A stretch of 31,601 nucleotides of DNA from an uncultured Dictyoglomota bacterium. Its GTDB lineage: Bacteria; Dictyoglomota; Dictyoglomia; Dictyoglomales; Dictyoglomaceae. The DNA is taken from assembly GCA_964654465.1 (NCBI GenBank), contig CAZZIO010000012.1, forward strand, positions 1 through 31,601, read 5' to 3'. The position numbers were made by a program, and so were the translations under genes. The notes beneath the pieces were generated by a model that saw only the letters and a list, made by a program, of their open reading frames with translations, had not been told where the DNA came from and made no database searches. This document shows, piece after piece, positions 1-9,549 of this stretch (position 1 is the first letter of the stretch; each line of letters opens with the position of its first letter).

Positions 1-51
1 TTGAAGGCTATTAATATATTAGAGAAATATGTAGGGGGAGAAAAAAAATGA
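1..51 (+). CDS. 3' end of upstream gene (partial, ...LKAINILEKYVGGEKK*), probably BREX-4 BrxP (PAPS reductase/DUF4007)
   Basis: Frame 1 is open from base 1 to TGA at 49-51, overlapping the brxC ATG (ATGA, 48-51). Identity is inferred only from canonical type 4 BREX gene order. Confidence 0.5.
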   Translation: MKAINILEKYVGGEKK

Positions 52-3000
52 GATATGAAGAAATAATTGGCCTTCATGAATATTTTCAGCCAGTTTATGA
101 TATCATTCAAGAACCAAAAAACTACTGGAAACAGTTTATTCCAACAAAATCTTTTTTAGAAATATTAGAGAAATTTCTTAATTCATTAGAAGCAACAAAT
201 CCTAAGGATAGAAAATCTATTTGGATTCAAGGAACATATGGAACAGGAAAAAGCCATGCAACAGGTGTAATAAAACATCTTTTATGGGATGATCCTTCTG
301 AAATAGATGATTATCTCAGAAATATTGAAAAAGTACAATTAAGAGAGAGACTTAAAAATTTTAGAAAAGAAAATAGAGTACTCCCTGTTACTCTAAAAGG
401 TATTTCTGGTATATATTCTCCAAAAGAATTTAGCTTAATAATTGAAATAGCGGTTAAAGAATCCTTAAAAAAGTACAACATTTCAGTGATAGCAGAAAGT
501 GAATTTGATAAATATTTAAAATACATAGATGATCCAAAAATCAATTGGCAAGATGTTATAGAGGGAAATCCACATTTAAAAAGCCTTGTTGGCGATATAA
601 ATGGTCTTAAAAATAAATTACATCAGAATGATCCTGAAATAATAAAATTAATAGAGGAAGCATTAGGAGATTTAAAAATTGTTCATCCCAATATAGAGGA
701 TTGGCTTAGTGAAACACTGAAAAATTTAAGTGATCAAGGTATAAAATATATGACCATATATTGGGATGAATTTACTCCTCTTTTAGAGCTTTCTCAAAGC
801 CCTGCACTGCTTAATATTCTTCAAAATATAGCAGAAAAAAGTTTCAATGAAAATATATTTCTTTTTATAATATCTCACAGACACCCTCAACAAACTCAAA
901 TTGAAAAAGAAGATCAAGAAAAAGTATTAGGAAGATTTTTAAGCATAAACTACTTTATGGAAAATATTACCACGTTCCATATAGTTTCGAAAACTATAGA
1001 CAAAAAGAGAGAGGAAGATTGGAAAAAATTAAGAGATAATATTTATAACACGTATCCTGGATTAAATAAAGTATTAAATAAGCTCGTACCAGACAATACA
1101 GAGACCGCAAAAGTATTAAAAGATTTATTTCCTATCCATCCATACACAGCTCAACTTGCGGTAGGAATTTCAAGATACATAGGATCCACAGAAAGAAGCA
1201 TCTTTAGCTTCTTATATGATGAAGAAAAAGGTTTTATAAATTTCATAAAGAATTACCCAGATAAAAATAATGTATACCTCTTGACAGCAGATAAACTGTG
1301 GGATTACTTCATAGATGATTTAAAAAGAAGACAAGATGATAAAATAGGAAATATTTTATCAAAATATTATTCTTATCATGATTCTTTAAAAAATAAAGGT
1401 GAAGAATATCTGACCATCTTCAAAGGCATACTAATTCTAAATCTTCTACAATCAATAATTACTTTAACTGACGAATCATCTTTATTCATACCCAAACGAG
1501 AAAACATAGAAGACATGTTTTTAGGAACCCACTATAGAGACCACATAGATCAAGTTTTAGATTATATCGACAAAAATATAATTCCTAAAACCCCAGATGG
1601 ATTATATCGAATATTCCAAACTCCTCTCCCAGAAGAAGAATTAAGTAGGGAAAAAGAATCTGCAAGAAGAGAATTTGAAGATATAACTAAATTAATAAAT
1701 GATGATACTAAAAACTCTCTGTTAGATACCATTAAAAACAACCTTTTAAGAGAACCGAATCTAAATATATACTGGGCAGGACTTTCTGAAAATGAGATCT
1801 TAAGAAAAATAGACAGAGATTATAGAAATTCATATGAAATAAATATTGCTCTTTTCCTCCCAAAAATCAATGAGGAAATATCAATAATCAAAAAAAATAT
1901 AAGGAAGATAATAAATGGAAATCCAAAAGCTCGAAATATAGTATTTGTAGTATCAAATAGGGAATTTGGAGAGCAAGACTATGAGAGATTATTAGAGTAT
2001 ATCGCAAGGAAAAAAGTAGCTTATAAACACTCTTTTAATGAAGAAGCCCAAAACAACGAAAAATATATAGATAAATTGATCAATATATGGATTGAAAAAG
2101 TTGAGAAAGATTTTGTTAACATATTATTTAGGGATAAAGAAGAAAAGATAACTTTCTCATCAATAGCAGATAAAATCAATAAGGATTATTCAAAAGAAAT
2201 ATTTACCTCAGGATTAGAAAATATCGAAGGTTTAACTAAAAATAGAAATCTTTGGACATTTAGAAATTCAATAAAATACGCTAAAACATTTCTTACAGTT
2301 GAGAATAGAAAGCAATTAGAAGATGAATTAAAAACCGCTTTAGATAAGCCAATATTAGAAATATTAAAATCTAAAAGTGGTGAGTATATTGTTAACAGCA
2401 ATTTCGAATTTTACAACAATATAGATCCAGATCACCCAACCTTTAAGATTTTCAAAGAGGTAGAAAACAGAATAAAAGAACATGCTGGTAAAACCTTCAA
2501 CTTAGGTGAATTATTAGAATTTTTAAAAGAACCTCCATATGGTATTTATCCTAATATAATACATTATGCCTTATTAGGATTCGTTTTAAGACCACATACA
2601 AATAAATTATATGAGACAGGAACAGGCAAAAAAGTAAACCCAACAGTTATGGAAGATAAAATCAAAGATATTTTTGAATATTTTACTAAGGGGAAAGAAA
2701 AAGAAAAGTTAGAAGTAAGGCTTGGAACTCAAAATGAGTTAGAACTTACTGAAATTTTAAAAGATATTTTTGGATTAAAGGAGGCTGAAAATCTAAATAA
2801 AGCGAAGTGGGAAATAAGAAATTGGATTAAAGAAGTAAATCTACCTATTTGGAGTTTAAAATATTTACCACAACAAAACGAAGGTGTAACAATAGCTATT
2901 AAAACAATTGAATATTTAAGTAAAAGTATCGATAAAGAATTAAGCGAAGAGAATGTTATAAAATATCTTCAATTATTTAAGAATGTAAAAACTGATTTAA

Positions 3001-4226
3001 AACTAATTTTGAAGAAAGAAAAAGTAAAAGAAGGATTTAAGAATTGGTTATTAACTCAGCAAAAAGAGGTAAAAATTAATGAAGAAGAAATAGAAGAAGT
3101 AATAGATTACCTATATAAGCACATGCAAGAGGAAGTTGCGTTATGGGATGAAAAAAATGTACTTTTAAAATTGAAGGACTGGGCGAAAGAGAAAGACAAA
3201 GAGAGATATAAAATTGAATTTATAAACAATTTATGTAATATATTTAATCTGCAGAAAAGAGATAATATTCAAGAGCTAAGGGAAGATATCAAGAATTATA
3301 TAAATAACAATTTAAGATATCCCTTGTGGAGCATAAAGTATGTTTTAAAACTTGATGAAATAAACCACATAATCAATTTCTTGGAAGAGTTTATAAGAAG
3401 TAATAAAGATCCATCTCAAGAAGATATAATAAACTTCTCTAATTTACTTCCTACATGTGAAAAAATCTTGTATTTAAATCTTAATCCAGAAACAGCGGAA
3501 AAAGGCATCCAGGAATTACTAAAAACAAATAGTAAAAAATTGTTAGATAATAATGAAATTAATGACTTTTTAGATTTTACAAGGGAAAATCTAAAAAAGG
3601 ATATTTACTTATGGGAAGAAAAAGATTTAAAAAATTCTCTTACTTTGTATGAATTTCTAAAACTAATAGCAGAGCTCTTTAATATAGATAAAAATTACAT
3701 AAAGATACCAGATGATCTAAAAATAAAAATAAAAAATCAAGTTACGAATAAGATATATCCCTTCTGGGCCGTTGGATTAATAGATGATAATTTAGTTAAG
3801 AAAACAACCGAGGAACTATCATATTATATAACATCAGATAAAAACTATTCATTAACCGACATAGAAAGTTTATACCAAATGCTTGAAAATAATAAAGAAA
3901 AAATTAAATCCATTTGGGAATCCACTCAGATAGAAAAATTATATAAAGAATGGTTGAGAGAGATTTTAAAAACCACGGAAGATGTATCTAAAATAGTAAG
4001 TGAGATTAAAGCCAAAATACGAAACGAAGATTACTACTGGAAAAAGACTGTCGTAGAAAATCTAATTCTGAAAGAAAAAGAAAATCTCATAAGAATATTG
4101 AACAAAGAGAAAAAGGAAAAAATAGCACAAAAGATAAAAAATACTAATAGAGACTTAAGAGAAATATTAGTAAAACTCATAGATAAATATCCCCAAATTA
4201 TTTCTGATCTAGAGGAACTTCTTTAA
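48..4226 (+). CDS. brxC: BREX P-loop ATPase BrxC (type 4 / SspC-like), 1392 aa, with C-terminal helical repeats
   Basis: Walker A GTYGTGKS, Walker B TIYWDEF, LFPIHPYT and ERSIFSFL motifs typical of BrxC/PglY-like ATPases; directly upstream of pglZ. Confidence 0.85.
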   Translation: MRYEEIIGLHEYFQPVYDIIQEPKNYWKQFIPTKSFLEILEKFLNSLEATNPKDRKSIWIQGTYGTGKSHATGVIKHLLWDDPSEIDDYLRNIEKVQLRERLKNFRKENRVLPVTLKGISGIYSPKEFSLIIEIAVKESLKKYNISVIAESEFDKYLKYIDDPKINWQDVIEGNPHLKSLVGDINGLKNKLHQNDPEIIKLIEEALGDLKIVHPNIEDWLSETLKNLSDQGIKYMTIYWDEFTPLLELSQSPALLNILQNIAEKSFNENIFLFIISHRHPQQTQIEKEDQEKVLGRFLSINYFMENITTFHIVSKTIDKKREEDWKKLRDNIYNTYPGLNKVLNKLVPDNTETAKVLKDLFPIHPYTAQLAVGISRYIGSTERSIFSFLYDEEKGFINFIKNYPDKNNVYLLTADKLWDYFIDDLKRRQDDKIGNILSKYYSYHDSLKNKGEEYLTIFKGILILNLLQSIITLTDESSLFIPKRENIEDMFLGTHYRDHIDQVLDYIDKNIIPKTPDGLYRIFQTPLPEEELSREKESARREFEDITKLINDDTKNSLLDTIKNNLLREPNLNIYWAGLSENEILRKIDRDYRNSYEINIALFLPKINEEISIIKKNIRKIINGNPKARNIVFVVSNREFGEQDYERLLEYIARKKVAYKHSFNEEAQNNEKYIDKLINIWIEKVEKDFVNILFRDKEEKITFSSIADKINKDYSKEIFTSGLENIEGLTKNRNLWTFRNSIKYAKTFLTVENRKQLEDELKTALDKPILEILKSKSGEYIVNSNFEFYNNIDPDHPTFKIFKEVENRIKEHAGKTFNLGELLEFLKEPPYGIYPNIIHYALLGFVLRPHTNKLYETGTGKKVNPTVMEDKIKDIFEYFTKGKEKEKLEVRLGTQNELELTEILKDIFGLKEAENLNKAKWEIRNWIKEVNLPIWSLKYLPQQNEGVTIAIKTIEYLSKSIDKELSEENVIKYLQLFKNVKTDLKLILKKEKVKEGFKNWLLTQQKEVKINEEEIEEVIDYLYKHMQEEVALWDEKNVLLKLKDWAKEKDKERYKIEFINNLCNIFNLQKRDNIQELREDIKNYINNNLRYPLWSIKYVLKLDEINHIINFLEEFIRSNKDPSQEDIINFSNLLPTCEKILYLNLNPETAEKGIQELLKTNSKKLLDNNEINDFLDFTRENLKKDIYLWEEKDLKNSLTLYEFLKLIAELFNIDKNYIKIPDDLKIKIKNQVTNKIYPFWAVGLIDDNLVKKTTEELSYYITSDKNYSLTDIESLYQMLENNKEKIKSIWESTQIEKLYKEWLREILKTTEDVSKIVSEIKAKIRNEDYYWKKTVVENLILKEKENLIRILNKEKKEKIAQKIKNTNRDLREILVKLIDKYPQIISDLEELL

Positions 4227-6566
4227 ATGGACAATATAAATGACTTGTTAAGAACAATTGAGAAAGATAGGAAAACATCGAGTATAACTTATAATAGATT
4301 TCCTGTAAGGTTTATATTGTTAAATAATTACTGGGATCTAAAAAATCTTATAAATGCGCTACGATCTATTTTAGATATAGATTTCTTACATTTAACAGAT
4401 TTTGATATATTTAAATATTATAACGATGCATGGATCACCATATATGATATAATAAATTTAATAAATAATCTTAATCCCCAAAAAGATTATCTTCTCTTAT
4501 CGATATCAGAATATTGCAGGTTTCTCTCTGATGATAGCTTTTACTCTCTTTTAAGTAGTATTATGAGTATAGAAAACACTCAAAATAACCTTGAAAGAAG
4601 AATATATATACCATTAATAGGAATAAAAAATAAATTTGAAAAGATCTTTTTTGATAAATATCCAAGAAGAAGAGAGATAATACCTTTTTGGATATTAGAA
4701 GGGAAAAGAGAAAAATACAATTTATATTTCATTAACTTTTTAGATAAAGCAGAAACTCAAGACACACTTATTATCGAAAATTCAAAAGACTTTCTAAATA
4801 TATGGGAAAAGAATTTAAATAACTATCTTAATATTGTATGTCTTTCTAAAACATTAAATACACACTCTGACCATGTAATAAGTGATGATATATTTGATGT
4901 TTACAAAATTAAAAATTATAAAGAATACTTAAACCATCTATTTTACATTAATATCCCCATAGAATACAAAGAAGAAGAGAAAGACAATTGGGAAATATTA
5001 TGTAAAACACTACAAAATAAAAAATTCACAAACTTTTATGAATTAACAGAAGATCTTCTAAATGTTAAAAAGATCAATATAACAGACCTATTAAAGCTTT
5101 GGGTTAAAAATGATAAGTTCCATTTATGGCTTCTAAAGAATTATATAATAAACAAGGAAGAATACAAAGAAACTTATGCATCAAGAGTTCTTAAATCCAT
5201 AGAAAGCTACGAAATAAAAGAAATTTTAAGTAAATATTACACCCTCATCTTTGAAGATTCAAAACCTAAAAATGATATTTTAGAAGAAAGAAGTAATACC
5301 CTCAAAAATCTATTAAAAGAAGATATAAATAATATAGAGCCTATAATCTTAGAAATTGATAAAATTCTCAAAGAAAAAAGTAATATTTTACCTCCAGACA
5401 AGTTTAAAATCTATTTAACTGGAACCACATATTTCGAAAAATCATGGATTATGCAAAATTACGATAAAGTAGAAAACTTAAAAGAACTATATCCTGAACT
5501 TTACTATTACTTAGAAAAAGATGTTAAAATTGTGAATTTAAAACCAGACCAAAATTGGATTTTAGATTACTTTAAAGAATACCATATCTCGAGATTAAAA
5601 AATAAGCCTACAGAAAGACTATTAGAAATTCTTAATGAAAAAAATAGAAATGAAGATACTTTTTACGAATGGTATCATTCCTTTCCTAAAGTTAATAATT
5701 ACAAAATAAAAGATGAATATGAAAAATTATGGATTGATGCTTTATCCTTAGAATTTCTACCTTTAATAGCAGGAATATTAGAAGAAAAAGGATACAAAAT
5801 AGAAGCTCATATAGTAGTATCTAATCTCCCTACAATAACAGAGATAAATAAATTTGAAGTAATTGAAAGAATAGATACTCTAGATAAATTTATCCACGAA
5901 AAAAAAGATCCAAATATATATCCAGGACTGATTAAAGAGATGGAAATAATAAAGAATATAATAAAAAACAAACTTCTAACTGGAAGTGATAATTTTGTTA
6001 TATTATCAGATCATGGATTTACTGCCTTTTCCAATAAAGTTTTACAAAATCAGAAACTTCCAGAACTTAAGGTAAAAGAAAATGAGCCAAGGTATGCTGT
6101 ATTAGAGAAAGATATAGCTCTTAAAGCGAAAGAAGATATAATAGTTTATGACCATGATGATAAAAAATATGTTATAGCATTAAAATACACCTCTTTTTCC
6201 TATCCTCAATCTCTTGAAACACATGGAGGTGCAACTCCAGAAGAAGTGTTAGTACCTATTATTTATGTGACAAAATCAAAAGTAAAGGAAAAAATACCAT
6301 CTTATAAAATTGATATACCAGATAAAGAAGTTAGTATTAGAAATCCTCTTCTAATTTTCTACATCACTCCGTTTATAGAAGATGTCGTAGTTAAATACAA
6401 AGGTGAAAAGTTTGAACCCATATATTCAGAAGAAAAAAAGTGTTATACAATTAATTTAAGTAAACTCAAACCTGGTACCTATGAATTAACTTTTCATATA
6501 AGAGGTTATGAGGAAAAACATAAAATTATAATAAAAGGAGGCATACAAGAAAAAGAGTTATTATGA
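4227..6566 (+). CDS. pglZ: BREX-4 type PglZ alkaline-phosphatase-superfamily protein
   Basis: PglZ motifs LWIDALSLEF, LPTITEINK, ILSDHGFT and HGGATPEEVLVP; C-terminal Ig-like tail; ATG abuts the brxC stop (TAAATG). Confidence 0.92.
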   Translation: MDNINDLLRTIEKDRKTSSITYNRFPVRFILLNNYWDLKNLINALRSILDIDFLHLTDFDIFKYYNDAWITIYDIINLINNLNPQKDYLLLSISEYCRFLSDDSFYSLLSSIMSIENTQNNLERRIYIPLIGIKNKFEKIFFDKYPRRREIIPFWILEGKREKYNLYFINFLDKAETQDTLIIENSKDFLNIWEKNLNNYLNIVCLSKTLNTHSDHVISDDIFDVYKIKNYKEYLNHLFYINIPIEYKEEEKDNWEILCKTLQNKKFTNFYELTEDLLNVKKINITDLLKLWVKNDKFHLWLLKNYIINKEEYKETYASRVLKSIESYEIKEILSKYYTLIFEDSKPKNDILEERSNTLKNLLKEDINNIEPIILEIDKILKEKSNILPPDKFKIYLTGTTYFEKSWIMQNYDKVENLKELYPELYYYLEKDVKIVNLKPDQNWILDYFKEYHISRLKNKPTERLLEILNEKNRNEDTFYEWYHSFPKVNNYKIKDEYEKLWIDALSLEFLPLIAGILEEKGYKIEAHIVVSNLPTITEINKFEVIERIDTLDKFIHEKKDPNIYPGLIKEMEIIKNIIKNKLLTGSDNFVILSDHGFTAFSNKVLQNQKLPELKVKENEPRYAVLEKDIALKAKEDIIVYDHDDKKYVIALKYTSFSYPQSLETHGGATPEEVLVPIIYVTKSKVKEKIPSYKIDIPDKEVSIRNPLLIFYITPFIEDVVVKYKGEKFEPIYSEEKKCYTINLSKLKPGTYELTFHIRGYEEKHKIIIKGGIQEKELL

Positions 6567-7996
6567 ACAAACTCAGTAATTTAGATGAAAAAATTAAAAA
6601 AGTTTTTCCTGATGTATCCCTCTTAAAAATTAAAGAGAATTATAGCGTTTTTAATGGTAAAAATCTTCCATCTTTTATTAAAGATTGGCTTATTAGAAAG
6701 TTTTCTGATGATGAAGGAAAGGTATATAAAGAAGAAATAATAGACTTCATTGATAAACATATTCCCCAAAAAGAATCAGCCAAAAAACTTAAAGGTACTC
6801 TCATGTATAATAAAGAATCTATAGATATATTAACAAGAGTATCAATAGAACCTGACATTAAAAAAGGAATTTTCAAATTCTCCATTCCTGACCTTGAAAT
6901 AAAAGATTACGAAGGAAAAGTTATGGAACATGTCATTGAAAAACATCCAGAATTGAAAGGTGGAGAAATTTGGGGAGTTTTTACTCTTAGATATATAGCA
7001 GATACGAAAGAAAACTTTATCGCCATAATAGGATATAAGCCTTTTAAACCTTATGACATAGACTTAGAATACTTTAAGGAAGGAAGAAAAGAATTTGCTC
7101 TTGAAGAATGGGTAGATTTATTAATAAGATCTATGGAATATAATCCTATTGGATTTGCTAGTTTTGAACAAAAGTTACAATTTATATCAAGACTCCTTGT
7201 CTTTGTAGAGCCAAGATTAAATATGATCGAACTTGCCCCAAAAGGAACAGGAAAATCATATATTTTTAATAATCTTAGTAAGTATGGATGGTGTGTAAGT
7301 GGAGGAAAGGTAACAAGAGCAAAAATGTTTTACGATATGGGAAAAAATATTCCTGGATTCATAACAAGATATGATTTTGTAGCTTTTGATGAAGCACAAA
7401 CCATAGAATTCTCAAACGATGAAGAAATGAGAGCTGCATTAAAAAGTTACTTAGAATTGGGCAAATTTACTATTGGAAACTACCACGGAGAATCAACAGC
7501 TGGATTTATACTTCTTGGTAATATTCAACTAGATAGCAATTTAAATCCTATAAATCCCATTTATTTTAAAGATTTACCAGAATCTTTTCATGAATCAGCC
7601 TTATTTGATAGGTTTCACGGTTTTATAGAGGGCTGGAGACTTCCAAGAATTAGAGAGGACTTAAAAATAAGTGGATATGCATTAAATGTTGAGTATTTCA
7701 CAGAAATATTGCATAGTCTAAGAGATCGCTCAGAATACTCTTCTATTGTAGACGATATGTTAGAAATACCTCCTAAAGCTGATACAAGAGATACTACCGC
7801 CATAAAGAAATTAGCCACAGGTTATCTGAAATTATTATTTCCTCATGTGAAAGATCCAAGTGACATTGATAAAGATGACTTTGAAATTTTTTGCTTAAAA
7901 CCTGCTCTTGAAAAAAGAGGCATAATAAGAAAACAACTACACTTGATGGATCCTGAATATAAAGAGGAACTACCTGATATAAAGGTGAAGAAGTAA
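6563..7996 (+). CDS. brxL: BREX BrxL-like AAA+ ATPase (short form, no Lon protease domain)
   Basis: EEWVDLLIRSM, RLLVFVEPRLNMIELAPKGTGKS (Walker A), YDFVAFDE (Walker B), SALFDRFHGFIEGW; ATGA overlap with pglZ. Confidence 0.9.
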   Translation: MNKLSNLDEKIKKVFPDVSLLKIKENYSVFNGKNLPSFIKDWLIRKFSDDEGKVYKEEIIDFIDKHIPQKESAKKLKGTLMYNKESIDILTRVSIEPDIKKGIFKFSIPDLEIKDYEGKVMEHVIEKHPELKGGEIWGVFTLRYIADTKENFIAIIGYKPFKPYDIDLEYFKEGRKEFALEEWVDLLIRSMEYNPIGFASFEQKLQFISRLLVFVEPRLNMIELAPKGTGKSYIFNNLSKYGWCVSGGKVTRAKMFYDMGKNIPGFITRYDFVAFDEAQTIEFSNDEEMRAALKSYLELGKFTIGNYHGESTAGFILLGNIQLDSNLNPINPIYFKDLPESFHESALFDRFHGFIEGWRLPRIREDLKISGYALNVEYFTEILHSLRDRSEYSSIVDDMLEIPPKADTRDTTAIKKLATGYLKLLFPHVKDPSDIDKDDFEIFCLKPALEKRGIIRKQLHLMDPEYKEELPDIKVKK

Positions 7997-7997
7997 A

Positions 7998-8558
7998 ATG
8001 ATGGACTCAGATTTTTGGGAACTCGAAAATCTGTTAAGTGAAATAGATGAATTTCTAAACAAATATGAAGAAAATAAAGAAGAAATTCAAGAAATTATAT
8101 TGTCTTTCATAGAAAGAATAGAAAAAACCAATAAAGAGCTTATGAATATTTCAAAAAAATTAGAATATATTACTTTAAAGCTAAAAAATCTTGTTAATAA
8201 CTCCCAATCACCTTCTAAATATGAAGAAAAAGGTAATAGAATTAAAGGAGAAATAACTCCCAAAGCTTTTTTTAGGCTCCATATACTTCTCACATTATAT
8301 GAATTAGGAGGTAAAGCCCCCGCCTTAGAGGTCCATAAAAAATTAGAAAAAAAATTAAATGATCTATTAACCCAAAAGGATAAAGAACTATTACCCTCAG
8401 GAACTGTAAGATGGATTAAAAATGTAGATTGGTGTAGACTAATATTAGTACATGAAGGCTTGATGAAAAGAGATTCTCCTCGTGGTATATGGGAACTTTC
8501 TGAGAAAGGATATAAATATATAAAAAAATATTTAGAAGAAATCAATGGACGAGAATGA
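7998..8558 (+). CDS. Coiled-coil + Mrr N-terminal-type winged-helix protein with no nuclease domain
   Basis: C-terminal half ILLTLYELGG...LLPSGTVRWIKNVDWCRLILVHEGLM...RGIWELSEKG matches the Mrr_N wHTH pattern; heptad-like N-terminus; starts 1 nt after the brxL stop. Confidence 0.8.
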   Translation: MMDSDFWELENLLSEIDEFLNKYEENKEEIQEIILSFIERIEKTNKELMNISKKLEYITLKLKNLVNNSQSPSKYEEKGNRIKGEITPKAFFRLHILLTLYELGGKAPALEVHKKLEKKLNDLLTQKDKELLPSGTVRWIKNVDWCRLILVHEGLMKRDSPRGIWELSEKGYKYIKKYLEEINGRE

Positions 8559-9549
8559 TTTATACTTAGAAAGCCTATTAGATGAGATTAATAACTTTTT
8601 AAAAAGCAAAGAGCAAGAAGAAGCACAAACAAAACCCCAACAAGTATTCCCTAAGAAAAGTAAATTTAAACTTAAAGAACACAAAGATGATTTTGAGGAG
8701 ATTCATTTTAAAGACCCCTCAAAATATGAATTACTCTCTCCTATTCAAGAAAAAGAATTATTTAAAAGAGTTGAACAAGGAGATAAAGAAGCAAAAGAAA
8801 AGTTAATACTGTCCAATCTCAAATTAGTATATTCTATTGCAAAAAGATATAAAGGAAGAGGTTTAGAGTTCTCAGACTTAATACAAGAAGGATGCATAGG
8901 TCTCATAAACGCTGTTGAAAAATTTGATTGGAGAAAAGGTTATAAATTCTCTACCTACGCAACGTGGTGGATAAAACAAGCAATTACAAGGGCTATTGCA
9001 GAAAAGGGTGGAACAATTTATGTTCCTATCCATCTTCAAGAAAAGATAAATTATATTAAAAGATGTAGAAAAATACTTATGGAAAAGTTAAATAGAGAAC
9101 CAACTATCCACGAATTATCAACATACTCAGGATATAGTAGAGATTCATTAAAGTCTCTCATGGATTGTAATTTTACAACTATTCCATACGATGTTCAAAT
9201 AGAGAATCTTTCAGAGGAAGAATTTGAGAGTATCTATCCCTTAATAGACCAAAACGAAGATTTTACATTAACTATAGATGACATTTTACCTAATAATGAC
9301 CAAAATTATGACCTCTTCTCCCAAATGGAAATAACATTTATAAAAAAGATTATAGATGAGTTATTAAATACTCTATCAGAAAGAGAAAGAGAAATTATAT
9401 ACCTAAGATTTGGCTTTAAAGATGGAACTCCCAAAACCCTCGAAGAAATAGGTAAAATATTTGGAATAACAAGAGAAAGGGTAAGACAGATAGAGGCAAA
9501 AATTATAAAGAAATTTAAGCATCCTTCAAAAAGAAAATACCTAAAATAG
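8545..9549 (+). CDS. RpoD/RpoS-like sigma-70 family RNA polymerase sigma factor (accessory copy)
   Basis: Region 2 [58 protein letters not shown]; region 3 LNREPT; region 4.2 [20 protein letters not shown]; overlaps the previous gene by 14 nt. Confidence 0.93.
   Translation: [334 protein letters not shown]

Noticed and set aside
4200-4270. BrxC C-terminus (ISDLEELL) and PglZ N-terminus (MDNINDLLRTIE) loosely resemble the shared wHTH/sigma leader
   Set aside because: Too short and compositionally generic, and they lack the EIxxFL part.
8545-9549. Calling this gene the housekeeping rpoD/sigA
   Set aside because: It has no region 1.1, a degenerate region 1.2, no dnaG context, and sits in a defence operon.
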